A stretch of 63,952 bases of DNA, counting the filler, from Sluysia triapertura (Eukaryota), in NCBI GenBank assembly GCA_046118255.1. It is 5 parts of 5 records of this genome, joined end to end, with 100 filler letters (N's around TTAATTAATTAA, not from the genome) between each part and the next. Parts side by side here need not be neighbours in the genome. Positions count along the whole stretch, not along the records: positions 12,899 to 24,490 come from JBJNIA010183069.1; positions 24,591 to 40,144 come from JBJNIA010225239.1; 3 more parts are not named here. One strand, 5' to 3'. Shown here one piece after another: positions 14,191 through 29,115 of the stretch. Below the pieces are notes generated by a model. The model was given only the letters and a program-made list of their open reading frames with translations. It had not been told where the DNA came from and ran no database searches. Each line of letters begins with the position of its first letter. Position 1 is the first letter of the stretch. The translations under genes and the position numbers were made by a program.

Positions 14191-14415
14191 TTTACTAAGT
14201 AAGTAAGACATTTATTAAGTTCTAATTAATTATTATTTAAGACTAAAAATTGAAAATATTTATTAAATCTTTGTTCAAAAGAGACGATAAGATACTTAAT
14301 AGAAGTTTTATTTATTAAAGTTTTATAAGTTAAGTCGTATCTTCTGTACGTGTCATATTTTTCGATTCCGATTCCACTATCTGAAGAAAAATTATTATTG
14401 ATAATATTATTACGT

Positions 14416-14901
14416 TTAGTAAATAACTTGATTATGATCTTCCAATGCAGATTTATTGTCAGAAGATACTTTTGTCCAAGAGTTAAATTTATCGATCAGT
14501 TTGTTTACTACTGATTCACAGGTCGTGTGAATGTAGTGACAATTAACTCCATTCTTCCAACATAATCCACAATTATCTGTGCGGAATGGACAAAAGGCGG
14601 TCATTTCGGTTTTATTAACAACTTGTAAATACTTAAAATAATTGTTATCATCTTTATCTTTATAATGCTTAGAATAATTGTTATGTTTATGATGCTTAAC
14701 GTAATTGTTATCTTCTTTATCTTTATAATGCTTAACATAATTCTTATCATCTTTGTAATGGTTGACATAATCGTTATCATCTTTATAATGCTTGACATAA
14801 TTGTTATCTTCGCCATACTCTTTAACTGTAATATCATTATCCTCAAAATGGTTTACATCATTAACAGTATTGTTATATTCTTTTAATTTCGTACAAGACA
14901 T
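14416..14901 (-). CDS. Intact 161-aa ORF: ~10-aa DNNYVKHYKD tandem repeats followed by a CCCH-type zinc-finger-like motif
   Basis: ATG-to-stop ORF with a ~30-nt repeat unit at ~14630-14850. Motif CPFRTDNCGLCWKNGVNCHYIH (C-x9-C-x6-C-x3-H). Expression unknown. Confidence 0.5.
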   Translation of the reverse strand: MSCTKLKEYNNTVNDVNHFEDNDITVKEYGEDNNYVKHYKDDNDYVNHYKDDKNYVKHYKDKEDNNYVKHHKHNNYSKHYKDKDDNNYFKYLQVVNKTEMTAFCPFRTDNCGLCWKNGVNCHYIHTTCESVVNKLIDKFNSWTKVSSDNKSALEDHNQVIY

Positions 14902-16149
14902 TATTAAATTTTTAAAAATCTTAGTTGATCTTTTTATTAATGGTTTTTACAAAAATCTTTTGACTGTTCCACGTTTTGGTAAACTGTGATCGTTTGCTAA
15001 TTTTTGTACTCATTGTAATTAGTTGCTTTAAATTTTAATTGCATAGATTGTAATTGAAATTGTGAGGTTGATACTTTTTGAAAAATTATTTTGTGCCGAG
15101 GAAATTTTGTATCTTGATTGATCGTTTAGATGTATGATAACTGATTTGGTTGGACAGTCAATACGAGTAGTTAATTTAATTTTATTAATTTGAAGATATT
15201 GAAGTCAACTGTAATGACAACCACCATCAACAGCAACATTAAACTATAAACGTAATTCACAATGTCACTGATGATGATGGCAGTTAGTCAGTTGATTGTC
15301 CAGAATTTAGCGAAAATTAAAGTTAATTAAAATTAAAAGTGTTGATAATAATAATAACAAATGTTATTATCATTATTATTAATAAATAGATAAATTTCTT
15401 TAAAATATTAATTTTACATGATCTGTCTTTGGTTTTCTTGATATTTCTTAACATATGCAAATTGTAGTGTTGAAGCTTTTTCATTATGATCTTGAATACT
15501 TTTTGTGGTTTTAAATAACTTTGAATAATTAATTCTATTGTTTTAACTGAAATAATGTTTCTGGCTGAGGGTGTATTAAGGTGCAAATGTTTACGATGTT
15601 TTTGAATGCTGCTTGGTGTTTTTAAGTGATGGTAATGTTTGAATATTAAGATTAATGGTGCTTAATTTGTTTTGGAAATATTTGTTGATTAATTTTGAGT
15701 GTGATTGTGATTGAATTGTTTGAGATAAAAATGTAAAATAAAATATGTTGAATGAATTTTGAATGTAATTTAATGGTTTAAGACGTTATTGTGGTTTGGA
15801 TGTTTTGAGATGTCGAATAAATATTTTTGATGGATTGCTTAATGTAAATTTATGGTATTCTTTGTTATGAAATTGTAGATTTGAAATATTTTGAAAAGTG
15901 AAAGTTTATTTTGGTGGATCTAAAGAAAAATAAGATATAAATATGGCTATGGTGAATTTTACAAGATTGTTACATGTTGTCAAAGAACATGATTTTAGAT
16001 ATATTGAATTAGTTTTAAATGGATTTTAAAATGTGTGTTGTATATTTTGAAAGTTTCTGTGATTTTAATATGTTTGAAGTAGAATTTTTGTGAAATTTAT
16101 TAAGATTTTACAAATTTTACAAAGATGCCCAATTGCGTTTCGGTAGTAG

Positions 16150-16308
16150 TGTTAGACTTCGTAAGATGGACTGACCGGGGATCGAATCCGGAACCTCTCG
16201 CTGCGCAGTTCGATTCTCTACCCACAGAGCTATCATCCCCGACTAACAATTTTAATTTATTGTAGTAAATAATATCATCATGGCACTTTAAGCCTTTTTA
16301 CTCCAACA
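16150..16308 (-). mobile_element. 159-bp short form of tRNA-cored element, TGTTAGA...TCCAACA ends, GTAG 4-bp TSD
   Basis: Same tRNA-like core and the same ~65-nt 5' leader as 4095-4305. GTAG at 16146-16149 and 16309-16312. Confidence 0.85.
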
Positions 16309-16834
16309 GTAGAACAAATATCAAAAAATGGCATGAAACGTATTCTCGAAATATCAAACAGTAATTAAATTTATGCAACCTAAAAATGTTATAAAACGTT
16401 CAATTTCTTAGGACAATAGCTTTAACAACCCTAACTAAAATGTTGCAATCTTATGTAAATGATCAGTATTTAGAAATTCCTGGAATACATTACTATTATG
16501 AAGGAAAATTTACAAAACCAACGAACATAATGACGATAAACTATTAGTAAATGATCTATTGACAAAACCTGTAGAATCTACATTTGATTAAATAGACAAT
16601 ATCAAATTATGAAAATTTCATCAAGTGAGGTACATGTGCGTTAGGTTATATAAAAATATTTAATTGAAACTTATTGTTGTTGAATCACATGAACGTATAG
16701 ATGAATCATTTGCCACATTTGGATAAAAAATTAATTAATAAAAATTAAATTAATAATAAAATTAATTTAATTATAAAAATAATAATAATAAATTATTAAT
16801 GGAATAATAATAATAAAAAGAATTATAACAATAA

Positions 16835-16870
<36 letters not shown>

Positions 16871-19800
16871 ATAAAATTAATAATAAAAATTATAGTAATA
16901 GTTCATAATGAAACTATTGATAGCCTTATTAATAATTTTAGAAATAATTATTATAATAAGATGATTATAGGATAAATTGTGACGACAAGAATGATAATAA
17001 TCTGACATTATTGTTTGCGTACAATATTTTCAGATAGTTTATGAAAAATATATGAAAACCTTAAAAATTCATTTGCTAAAGTAAAATATGTTTTGTAAAA
17101 TAACTTTAGATTTACGTGATACTTTTGTAAAAGTTTTAATGCATCACATTATTTGTAGAAAAATTGATTTAAATTAACGAAGATAAAGCAAGAAATTATT
17201 ATTTTAGTTGATTTAAAAGTGTTAACAAATAATTATTTACGTAGAAAACTCGGTATGGAATGACTCTTTGTGAAAGAATCTGGAATCTGGTATTTATTTA
17301 ATCAAAAAGTATTGTTGAAGTATTATGCATTGAAAATGATTTAAGAAGTTAAAATTAGAGAAACTCATAGCAGAAGTTAAGTTGATGTTTATGTATGGAA
17401 CTGTTGTTTAAAATTAAAATATGTTTAGTTAAAAATAAGAAAAGACACTCAATGTTAAGTTAATTAGAAAAGACTTGTCCGACATTATAAAATTATTGTG
17501 TTTACAAACCTAATAAAATTATTTCCAAAACTAGATTTAATTACTTATCTTATTGCAAATGATCATTGTGAATTGACAAATAATTTATTATTTACAATTA
17601 GTAAATTGCAAGATATTTTTCCGACATTAATAAAAAGTAATAATAAATTACAATGACAATATAAAGAATCTGAATAATTGGTTTGTTAATCGAGTTAGTA
17701 TATATTATGTGTGCTATTGCAAAATGATTCAATTTTGTTTTGAATGTGAAATAAATCTAAAAATTTGCTTTATCGAGATGTTGTGTTATTATCTTTTTAA
17801 TATTCTTTAAATTGACAACGATAATAAATAAACACAATTAAATTAGTCTGAATCTCAATATTTTGTACCTATATACATTACAATAGAAATTAAATAATAG
17901 TTAACACAATGTAACTAAGTTTTTTTTACAATTAATAATCAATTATAATATTCAATCTCAGGAGTTACACAACATATATAGATGTAAGTACTCAAACCCA
18001 TAAATAAGTTGCTTAAAGATAAAATTTTAGCAGATTTCTAAAGATTCTATAAGATTCAGTCAGTTAATCTTACTGTATTTAATCAACATTCTTAAAGCAA
18101 AAGTATTAACTGTTACAATAGTTTTCTCTGTGCAATAATAGAAAAATGTTTGGATAATTGCTAGGAAGTCAAGAATTCGACTTAATTATTGTGCATTTTG
18201 GCAAGATATACTTATTTCTTCGAGTGATTTTTATGCTGACCAGTTTTATTAATCAAATTTGAATATTAATTTACGACACATTTCCGTCTTAATAGTATCT
18301 AGCAAATAATAAGTTTTGTGGCAAACAAACTCTTAACTTTTCAAAATAATAAAATAATACTCATTGATACAATGATACGTTAACTTAAATTGAATGTAAA
18401 TCTAATCAAATATAAACTTATTTTCAATTATTATATAATACACAATACGTTAAAGATACGTCAATTGCAATAACATATTTAGATATATTTAGATAATTGG
18501 ATATATACTTTTATTTTGTATGCTCATTATAATTCATAGAAATTTAACTTTAAAATAAAGAAGGTTAATTAAAAATGATGATTTTGCCTTATCCACGTTG
18601 ACGTGTTACATATCTACGTATAAATTTCTTAATTGTGTTTTTATAAGTGATACTCGCTCCTATGCAAACATCATAAGAAAAGTTAATGATTTTAATTAAA
18701 TTAGTTAATCAATATATTTATAAATTGTTTTGTAAAACTTTAGAAAATATTGATCCATTTACCTTTAAGCTGCGATATCCTTACAATCACTTTATCTCTG
18801 ACGATTGTAATGTGAGCTGAATACAATGAAATGAATAATGATAGTTTTGTCATCGTTGCAGTTATGATAAAAAAAGTTTCTAATATAAATAAACGTGATT
18901 TTAAGTTATGAAGTTATTATTTATACAAAAAATTTTTCTATTGTTAATGCAACTAATTTCATTGAATCGTTGGTGATATTAGATGATTTAAATAATTCGA
19001 ATGACTTTTATTTTCTGGAAATATTCTGGTACTAGTTTGCTTCTGATAGCGCTGTTTTGCACGTATTTAGTTCTAATCTTTTTTCATCATTCAAACGAAA
19101 TGCCCTGAGTCAAACCCAAACAAGTTATAAATAAATAACATAATAACTCCATGTACATGCCAAACTACAGACATACTCGTATTGGGACTTTCCTTTATGA
19201 TAATAATTCGTACCTTTGTAGACTTTATGTCTGTCACAATAAGTCATACGTCAATACATATTATGCTTTATTTAAAATGATTTATGTTTTAGTTTTACTA
19301 TGTCTTATTGTGAAATTAAAATATTAAAGATTAAAAATATTATATATCAAAGATTAAAATTATATTTAAAATAATAACAAAATTATTACTTTTAAGTACT
19401 AGATTTTTCAATTAAATATATACCTTAATTATGAAGTAATATAAATACTAGTAAGCTTTCACAAATTTTTAGACTTGAAAAATTGATTACAAATCTTAGT
19501 TTAATATGAACGAGTTCGAGAATTTTTATTTATATTAAAACATTAATTTAAAATTCGAGATCATTAGCTTAGATCCTTCATTACAGTATTATTACAACTG
19601 GTATTTTATACATTAACCGTTAATCAATATCTGTTAATTTTTATTCACCTTTTCAACTGTGTTGTAAATTCTATGTAAAATTTAATAAGTAATTTTTGGA
19701 TTTTTTAGCATAATTCTATTTAAAATCCTTTCAAAATTATCACTTCGATTACAAATAATCGGATAAAATCAGTATATTATTATATTTTCAGATAAAACAA

Positions 19801-22249
19801 TTGTATTTGGTAATAATATTTAAAAACCCAGTTTTTCTGTCTAAATTAAATATGCATTGTTGAATCGTATGATTATGTAGTTAATTTATTATAATAAAGT
19901 TACTTCCCTTCGATTTTACGTTAAAAGTTATTTAGGTTCCAGTTTCATCCTTACATAATTAAATTTAAATTATAATTTCTAATTGTAAACCGAATTTTGT
20001 ATCGGTAGTAATGTTCGATTATTAAGAAAACCGTTTTTCGTACATGATAGTAAAATCTACAATTATTTGAATAATAAATTATCAAGAAAACCGTTTCTTA
20101 TATACGGTAGCAAACTCTATAGTTAGTAGATCCTTTGTAATAAAATATACTTTTTAAAAACTCTGGAAAGTGGAAACATAATATATTTATTTATATAGTT
20201 TTAAAATTCTTTAAAATACGTAACTATTTCTTTTCCGGTTTTTAACACCTAATTATAAAAAAACATTTTCTATGGATCCTGTTTAAAGAGGATCGAACAT
20301 AAAATCACATCATTTTAACCTCACTTTGAAAAGCAGAAACCTAATAAATAATTTGTATTATTTATATCTAAATATTATAAATCTATCGCCTAAGAATTTA
20401 AAATTTGCTGAACAACTACTTTATCTGATTTATAGATACATAAAAAAATTACTGTTAGAATCAATCGACCATCATAAATTATACTTAAAATGTAAAATCC
20501 TAAGATCACTTATTATTGATCATTTAAGTAATAAGTAATTTTCCAAAAAACCTCACCCCTTTTTAGTGATTTCTGTTGCACTTATTTGTATTTATTAAAC
20601 GTTCAATTTTCTTACTTTTATCTTAGTCTCTTTAGGATGATGTATAATTAGAAAAATTTGCACCTTAAATTTAGTAGTGCTTATAATTTCGATATAACTA
20701 ATAAATTTAGATATAAAGTCACCAACATACGTTTTCAGGTTTAAATAAACTTGAGCGAGTACTAGTGTCAAGCATCAATCAAAATAGACTAGTAATTTAT
20801 AAAGATAAAATTTTAATGAAATTCGAAGTTAAATCATTATTCTGTAATTCTGTAACACTTGTAAAACATGATGAAATAAATAAAGCTAATATCGATACAT
20901 TAATTATCACTCAACCAAATTATCATTATCTCCTAAAAAGTAACAAACCAAAGAGACTATCCCTGACATTAACACATAACCCAACAAAATTTCTTATGTC
21001 GGCGTGCATCATGACATGAAAATTTGTAAATAATGTAAATTTAAATGATAATGTGTAAAAAATAAATTGATTCGATGAAAATAAGTGTAAAAATTCGATA
21101 AAAAATTGTTAATTAAAAATAAATTATTATTAAAATTATTAATTAGTCTCAATTAAGTTTAAAGTCCAAAAGAAACTAAATATGTAAAAATGAAATATAA
21201 TATTTACATTACTTGATTGAAAACTAAAATTGTTAATACTTATATTATTATTTGGTTTATATTTGATGAAATGTCCTTTATATTCGATTAAATATTTATA
21301 TTATCAATATTATTCATTAAAATAAACAAACTATTTATCATTGGCGAAAATTGTATAAAAAGCTTAAGTATGATAACGAACAACGACGTTATCATCGACT
21401 AGAGATTATCCTCTATAAATTTTTGGAATTGTCAAGTGACCAGTACATATTCTTTGGAATTGTTAATATTTTATTGGAGTCATCCATATTCAATTGAAAT
21501 TCGTCAATACTAGATTGATCAGTGATCTATGTCAAATACATCCAGAAGTTATCAATTGATCGAGACCATTCATTTTGAAGAATCATAATATCCAGAATTT
21601 TAGTGAATAAGTAAGATAATTTTTGTTAGGATTTGGCATTAATATTTTGCCTTAAAATCGACTTAAATTAACCATTTTTTCGAAACTCGCCTGAGTCAAA
21701 ATCTTAATTAAAATACGAAGTTTGTTTTTATCCAGGAGAAATCCGGAGTGTTTATATATATATATATATATACGATTGTAATCTATTGCATAATTTATAT
21801 TTTGTTTATTTTTGAAATAACAGATATTTGTTTCGAAGCTTTTGAGTTATAAATTCGAACATAGTAGTAATTTTGTAATTAAATTTTGATTGATTAATTT
21901 CTGAATAATTATTAAGCACTTTGTAAAGTTCTAAAACTCATTAAGTTAAAATTTCAAAAGTGTAATTAATAAAGTGTTAAATATATTGAAAAGTAGTTTG
22001 TGTATAAAAATAACTTAACTAAATTAGCATCTAAGAAGTTAATGAAAAAAATATCACGAACATTGCATCCAAGTAATAAGGAATTCTTCACGTGGTATTT
22101 TTCACCAAAAAATCCTGAGTGTTCGTCTTTCACGTAATGTAAACCGTACATCACAGGCGAACCCGTAAGTTTAATAATCTTATAATTGTTTCAAACTCAG
22201 AACAATCAGAACACGCATAATAATTGTTATTTTAACGTGACAATTTAAG

Positions 22250-23640
22250 TAAAAATAGATCGAGTAGAGTAAAAGAAAAATAATAGATGATCATAAATCA
22301 ATTTTATGTGCTTTGAATCTGGTAAAGTTTGACAGACCGTACCATGTAACTGTCAAAATTATTATTGTCGGTTTAATTCTTAAAGAATGTTGCGATGATT
22401 TGTGTGAGAGAATGTTTGATTGTAAAACTCAGGAATGATTGGATGATGAGAAAGTACGAAAAGGAGTACTTCGAAATTTTAAGTCAGAAGAAAATAATCC
22501 GCAATAAGAAGATTCATATTTGTGAAAATACATGTTTTCGAAGATCCATGCGTGGGCATTTGGTAACAGTTTTATTTTTATTCATTATTAATTTAATGCA
22601 TTTTAATTTTTATTTTTTTGTGTTTTATAATATTTTTATTTAAATTTTTTTGGGTCCGTGCATTTAGATAACATTTTCATTTTTTATTTATTATTAATTT
22701 AATTTAATTTTTTTGGGGTCTACATCCTTTTAAAAGCAATTTAATTCTACTTTAGGGGGTTTATAATATTTTAGTTTAAATAATTTTTAATACATTTCTT
22801 TAAGTGTTATTTTTGTGGAAAAGAATTAGTTTTGATTTTCTTTTGTTGCGTCAACCAACTGCATAAACTATTATTATTTGTATAGTTTTCTTTTAATTGA
22901 AGTATAACATATTTATGTTGTAGTGAATATAATTGATTTCAATTATATTGTTGGGATTGCAAATTTGTGAATCGCGAGATGAGTGAGAAATATACATAAC
23001 TATAAAATGAAGGAAAAACTAATATAAGGTGATGGATCGAACATTGTAAACATTGTTGAAATAAGAATCATGAAAGTGAAAACATCTCTAATAATGTTAA
23101 CAGCTAAAGAATACATTGGGGTTTGGGATTTTATGGAAGCTTGAGATGGACTTGGAAAACCTTTCGAAGCATTAAGGTACTTTTGAACTTGTTAACCTTT
23201 AGATCATTTAAGATCATAGTAAACTTTAAGTACTCTTGGAACATCGATAAGCATTTGAGATCCTTTAGTAATCTTGAAAATTATTTAAAATCTTTGAGAT
23301 ATTTGAGATATTGTTATTGGTATTAAGAACAAATCTAGTATAATAATACTTAACATGAAGAAGTAGAAAAAGGAATCAGTGAGGTGAAGATGGAAATATA
23401 TAGTGCCTCCTGAATACCTTATAAACCACTAAATAACTTTAGAACCTTAATAAAACTTTTAAAAATAGAATAAGACTAAGTCTAAGATTAATTAATTAAA
23501 ATCTTAATTAACTTAATTAAGAGAAAGTATGTTTTTGTGAATAACTTTTGAAAGCGGAATGTTATGTTAAATTTGAAACTGTGTATGTATTTGTTTTGAA
23601 AATACCTTTCGACGAAGGTATGGTTTGATCGAGCTATAAT
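22250..23640 (+). repeat. Dispersed repeat, copy A (segment X 22250-22760 then segment Y 22945-23640)
   Basis: Shares tttgacagacc..., aaactcagga-tgattggatgatga, gaaga(t/g)ccatgc and gtgaataacttttgaa...gcggaatg...cctttcga(c/t)gaagg with the reverse complement of 46760-48450. Confidence 0.75.
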
Positions 23641-23951
23641 GTTATTATAGATTTTATAATTAATTTTATAATTTATTTACTTTATGAAAAGAGTTTTGTA
23701 TGACATCTTATCTTAAATAATTACTACATAGTTAAGCCGTGTTTAAGCTGAAAGTAAAAGTTTTTTTCTAATTTTGAATTATTTATACTAAATGGTTTGA
23801 ATACTTAGCATCATTTTTAATATTTTGTAACTAGTTTATTACATATTGTGATATGCTCTGAGAATTGTGATATGTTTCATATTGTAAATGATTTATATTA
23901 AATGGTTTTAAGTCTATGCTTTAAAACCAATCCATGTTTTTATTTTTTATT

Positions 23952-24036
23952 AGTTAGGATTAAAGGCCTAAAGTGCCACGATAGTAATATTGACTATAAT
24001 AAAATGAAATTGTTAGACGAGGCTGATAGGTCAGTT
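23952..24036 (+). mobile_element. Truncated copy of tRNA-cored element (leader plus start of core)
   Basis: gttaggattaaaggcctaaagtgccacg...tgactataataaaatgaaattgttagacgaggctgatag matches the leader and tRNA 5' end of the other copies. Confidence 0.7.
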
Positions 24037-24613
24037 TAATCTTTAATCTTTTTATTTTTGGGAATAATCAATATATTATACAACTGATATTCTCTTTCAC
24101 ATTTTCATTTTCATTTCCTTCTTCTTCTTCTTCTTTTCATTTTGCATTCAATTGTTTTTATTTCTTTCTATTATTTTATTTTTATTTATATATTTTTTCC
24201 CTTATTTATTTTCTTATTGTAGGGAACTCGTCATACGGTATCCATCATAAAGTTCATCGCAAATCATCACTTAAAAAAATACACACATACACAAACTATT
24301 AAATGAACTATTAAACTCATTCAAAAATAAACACGATCATCTCATCTAACTATCATGAACTATAATCATTATTATTAAAGTTCAGCACAACCCATCATTT
24401 AATTATTATTATTACGATTAACAATCTTTTCAAATTCGAATTAAAATTGTAATTTTTATCGTTATATAATATTCGACAAATAATAACTTTNNNNNNNNNN
24501 NNNNNNNNNNNNNNNNNNNNNNNNNNNNNNNNNNTTAATTAATTAANNNNNNNNNNNNNNNNNNNNNNNNNNNNNNNNNNNNNNNNNNNNCATCATCATC
24601 ATCATCATCATCA

Positions 24614-24662
<49 letters not shown>

Positions 24663-27365
24663 CATTAATATTACTGTTAGCCTATTTTGTAACTTTATGT
24701 TGTCCTAATTTACTTTCTGCTGCCTGATACAATTTAAACTCTTTATTTTTAATCACGTGTATCAAACGTTTATTATTATCTAACAAATGTTATGTTAATC
24801 TGAAGGTTACAGATCGCTCGTCTCTGATGGAAGAGATGAAAATGCAATCTTATATAACGCGTTTAAAATTCAAATTACCTCCTTTAGTTCAAAATAAAAT
24901 AAACTAGGTTAACTGAAAATTTATTTATTCAAAAGGCAAAAATGTTTAGTAATACGATTATTAGACAGTTTATTAAATAGAAAAAACACTTTAGATGATG
25001 AAATACGAACACTAAAAATGTAACAATGAATACCACATGTCATTATGTTATACTATGTTTAAAACATTTAAAGTCATTAAATTATTAAATTAAATATTAT
25101 TCCGATACCAATAAAACAATTAATATTTAATGTGAATTTATCGTTAAATCAAATATTATTGTAAATTCCAAATTATATCTTTTCCAATCAATTATCTTCG
25201 TAAATGAATACCAAATAGTACCTTTTCAAATAAATTATCTTCGTCTATTTATACTTAATTTTTATAGTATTAATGCTTTGTGATAAATAGAATTACTTTT
25301 ATAACTGATATAAAATTGTTTCTATAATAATAGTTTAGTTAATTATTTTATTCTTCTGCAAGGATTTGATTTTTGTTTGTCTTTGTTTTGATTGATTTAT
25401 GTGGTGAGTTCCTTACAATCTTAATCTAACTCACTAAATGGCTAAGTTGTAAGCAGCAATCAAGAAGAATTTAATCGAAGGTAAAATGTAAAAATGTTAG
25501 TATTTTAAGTAAAAATGATCTATTTCTTTAGCAATCGAAAAGGTAAATGGTATTTTTCAAAAGTTATATTTAGTATCAGGTAATGTTGGTATTATATGTG
25601 GTATCAGGTAAAGCTTAGGAAATTATAACAAAATTGATAATTTAAGTAATATATTACGACCGTGTTGAAAAAACGGCACCTTATTATTATTAAACTCTCT
25701 AACAATAAATTTACGTATGTTTTACGACCGAGTAAAATTGGCGTACCTTATATTATATAACAAACGACAAAAATTAAAATATGTATTACACAAAAAAAGG
25801 TTATAACAATGATAATTCAATAACAAATAATAAATTTTGATAGATTGATGTATAATCTTGACTAATTTATTTTATATTTATAAATTGTGCAACTCTTAGA
25901 TTAAAAAGAGTTGATATCTTATAAATAAATGTTACGTAAAGATTTTACTATCTTATTTTAAAAAAGATAACCTAAAATGATCAAACTAACGAATAAATTT
26001 TAAAGTGAGAACAATCCAATTGATCCAATAAAAATGATTTTGTTTAAGTTAACAACAGTAATCAAGAAACTGTAAAAAATGATTTGGTCCAGAAATTATA
26101 AGTGATTCCAAAGATATTTTCAAAAATTGTGTATAACATTGTAAAAAATCGTTATGAGAGTTTTATGTAAGATTACTGTAGCTTTTATAGCTACTTGGAT
26201 GTCATTGAAATTTGATTGATTTAAAGATTTGTAAAGAATTATTCAAATTTTGTAAAGGAATTGCAAATTAAATAATTTTTATGACAATTAGTAATAAAAT
26301 AATTTTTATAATAATAATTCTAACAAATAATAAGAATAATAATGCCATAAATATATTCATTGATTTTATTAACATATTTATTAAACATATTTATTTTTAG
26401 ATTTTAAAACAATCGGTTACGGTTTATTTCTATTTTTAGATATAACATACATATTCTGAAACATATATATTATTAACTTGACATAATGACACTTCTATTG
26501 TACAATAATAACAATGAATTATTTTTATAATGACTGTAGTTTCATTAATTATCTTTTCTACTATTCAATAATAACAATTAGTTCTATTATAATAATTAGT
26601 TCTATTACTCCATTCTTTCATTATACAATGATAATTTCATTCTTAAATCGTTTGATAATTCCATTATTTCTTTCGTTTGAATTATTAATTGTTCTCTTTC
26701 TTTTTTATTATATTTTAATCAATAATTTTTGTTTTGTTAATTATTTTCATAATAACTTTATTTTAGATTAGAAAAATTTTGAATATTCTCAAAATTTAAG
26801 TTTGTTAATTCTAAATCTTAAAATTTATTTTTCTACATTACTATTGTTATAAATATTAATTATTTATATAATTAACAATATTAATGTTATTAATATTGAA
26901 AAAAATTATTATTATTATTATCATTATAATAATTAAAATTATCTACTTGTCATCATTATAATCAATAATACTATCTTAATCATCACTGTAATCATAATTA
27001 AAATCACTAAATTCATCATCTCTATCATCTTCATCATTTTCATTTCGCTCATCAATATTAATAATAACACAGGTAATAATATCATCATAATTACATTGCT
27101 CATCATTATCATCTTTTTACTCACCATAATATGAATACTATCTCCATTACGTACATCATCATCACAATCACTACTCTCATCGTCATCAGCATCATCATAA
27201 TTTTCTGTAGTTTCATCGGAAGCATTCGAAATTCATTGGCAGTTATAATAAAGATAGCAAACACAGAAACTTTCATGATAAAATTTTTACAGTTTTAAAT
27301 TTACGTATGCTCATTTTATAAGCTGTAATTAATGTAAAGTTTTCTCTTAAAATTAGTTTTTCTAG

Positions 27366-27599
27366 ATGACGAGTTTGGAGTTAAAAGCAGTATTAATTGG
27401 TACTGAAGATGGGACGAAGACTTCTTTAATTATGAGGATTTGTCATGACAATATTAAAGTAATGCAAAAAGTAAAAACAATGACTAAAAACAATGATTTT
27501 AGAATATCAATACGACACAATATAGTTAGATGTTTGTATTTTGAAATCGATAGGATGTCAAATATTTTAATGTACGTACAGTTTGAAAAGCAAAATTAA
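27366..27599 (+). CDS. Mirror copy of small-GTPase-like ORF
   Basis: Identical translation to 37136..37369(-). Confidence 0.38.
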   Translation: MTSLELKAVLIGTEDGTKTSLIMRICHDNIKVMQKVKTMTKNNDFRISIRHNIVRCLYFEIDRMSNILMYVQFEKQN

Positions 27600-27945
27600 A
27601 GATTGAAAAATGGATTTAACATTTGTATTCTTAGTTTATTAACCAAATTATTGATCCTGTGTAAAAAATCCACAATCTTTATAATTAAATTACTTTCGGT
27701 AAAAATACGGCAATTATTGTACAAGTATTTTCTTATTTTAACATATATTTCTACATAAATATCTACGTAAGTACCTATTTTATCAAAATTAACATGATGC
27801 ATATTTCATTCCTCACTTAATTGAAATTTTGTAAAAAAAGCATAAGTAAATTCAACTAATGCAGCTTCCAACTTGCCAGGTAATTGTATTTTATAAAAAC
27901 CGTACAAAAACCTTTTTATTGGTTCAAATCGTAAAGCATAAATTA
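27596..27945 (-). pseudogene. Mirror copy of Polinton minor capsid relic
   Basis: Palindromic mirror of 36790-37139. Confidence 0.62.
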
Positions 27946-28624
27946 ATAAATAAAATTTTTAACAGTAAACATTTAATAAAATAATTAAATAAAATTTAAT
28001 TCAAGAACTTAAAAACCTTTAAATTCAAGAAAACAGAAAATGGAAAAAGAAACAATCCATAAATACATTTAAAAATAGAAAAATAAGGAAAATAGAAGAA
28101 AAATATACAGCCTGAAAATATAGTCAGAACAAAATTATTATAGAATGATCAACTATTACAAAGAAACAATTGGTCATATGGACATAAAAATATGTTTTAT
28201 TATAGCGTAAGGTAAAATTAATTAGAGAAAATAATTAATTATTTAAGAAAATTATTATTTAATTAATGATTATAGATAATCAAGAAAAAATTTAGCCAGA
28301 ATAATAAATACTTTATTAGCAATATTGGTCCGATCCGAAGAAGTTCCTACAATTCAGTCATTAATCATACACTATAGGCGGTCTCATTAGTTAACATTTT
28401 GAATTTGTGGGTAGAAATTCACATTTTAAAGAAAATTCTCGCATATTTAAATAATGGGCGCTTTTGATTGGTTCTAATTCCGATTGCTTTAATTAAGGAA
28501 ATGATTTTATAATAATTATTTTAAGATATTTTGGTGTTTTTATCTTGTCGTATTACAAATGAAATTATTCTTTGCGTGATTAATTTGATTTGGTTTAATT
28601 ACAACGTTTTTAAAATTAACCAAT

Positions 28625-29115
28625 TTATTTATTTATTTGGACATGCAGATGTAAAATCTAAAAATAAGTAACCATATTGATTCGCATTAAAAAAGAGAAT
28701 TCATTAAATATGATATGTGAAAAAGTTGGTTTTGCAACAAAATATAATTGTTTGGTTTCTATGAATTTTAAACGTTCTAAACAATGTATATTTACATTAC
28801 ATTGATTAAGAAGATTTTGACTGATAAAAATCAGTCATTTCCCTGCATCCTGCAATTTTTGAAAAAAAATATTAAGGTCATTTTGCTTATTTGCTTCTTG
28901 TTATAAATCACCTCCAACGATTACATCATGCTCTTGTAGTCGTTTTAACCCTTACTGACAAATCTGTCATCACTTTAATATTATGTAACTTAAAAAAATT
29001 TTAATGGAGTTAAACACATTTCACCAATATGTTTTATTAATTTATTTTTAAATTTATTACTTTGCAATAATTTATAAAACGTGTCTTACCACTTACATGT
29101 GAGTCTAAATGTGGG
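28625..29115 (-). pseudogene. Mirror copy of Polinton packaging ATPase relic
   Basis: Palindromic mirror of 35620-36110. Confidence 0.72.

Noticed and set aside
14601-14989. Overlapping I/M/K-rich ORFs in other frames
   Set aside because: Shadows of the 30-nt tandem repeat in ORF 14416..14901.
15000-21600. Long stretch of coding-like but stop-riddled DNA, possibly more viral or TE relic
   Set aside because: No motif could be assigned by eye; needs frameshift-aware translated searches.
24810-24850. Hammerhead ribozyme near ctgatgg...gaaa (and other CTGANGA hits)
   Set aside because: The core does not match CUGANGA with properly paired stems.
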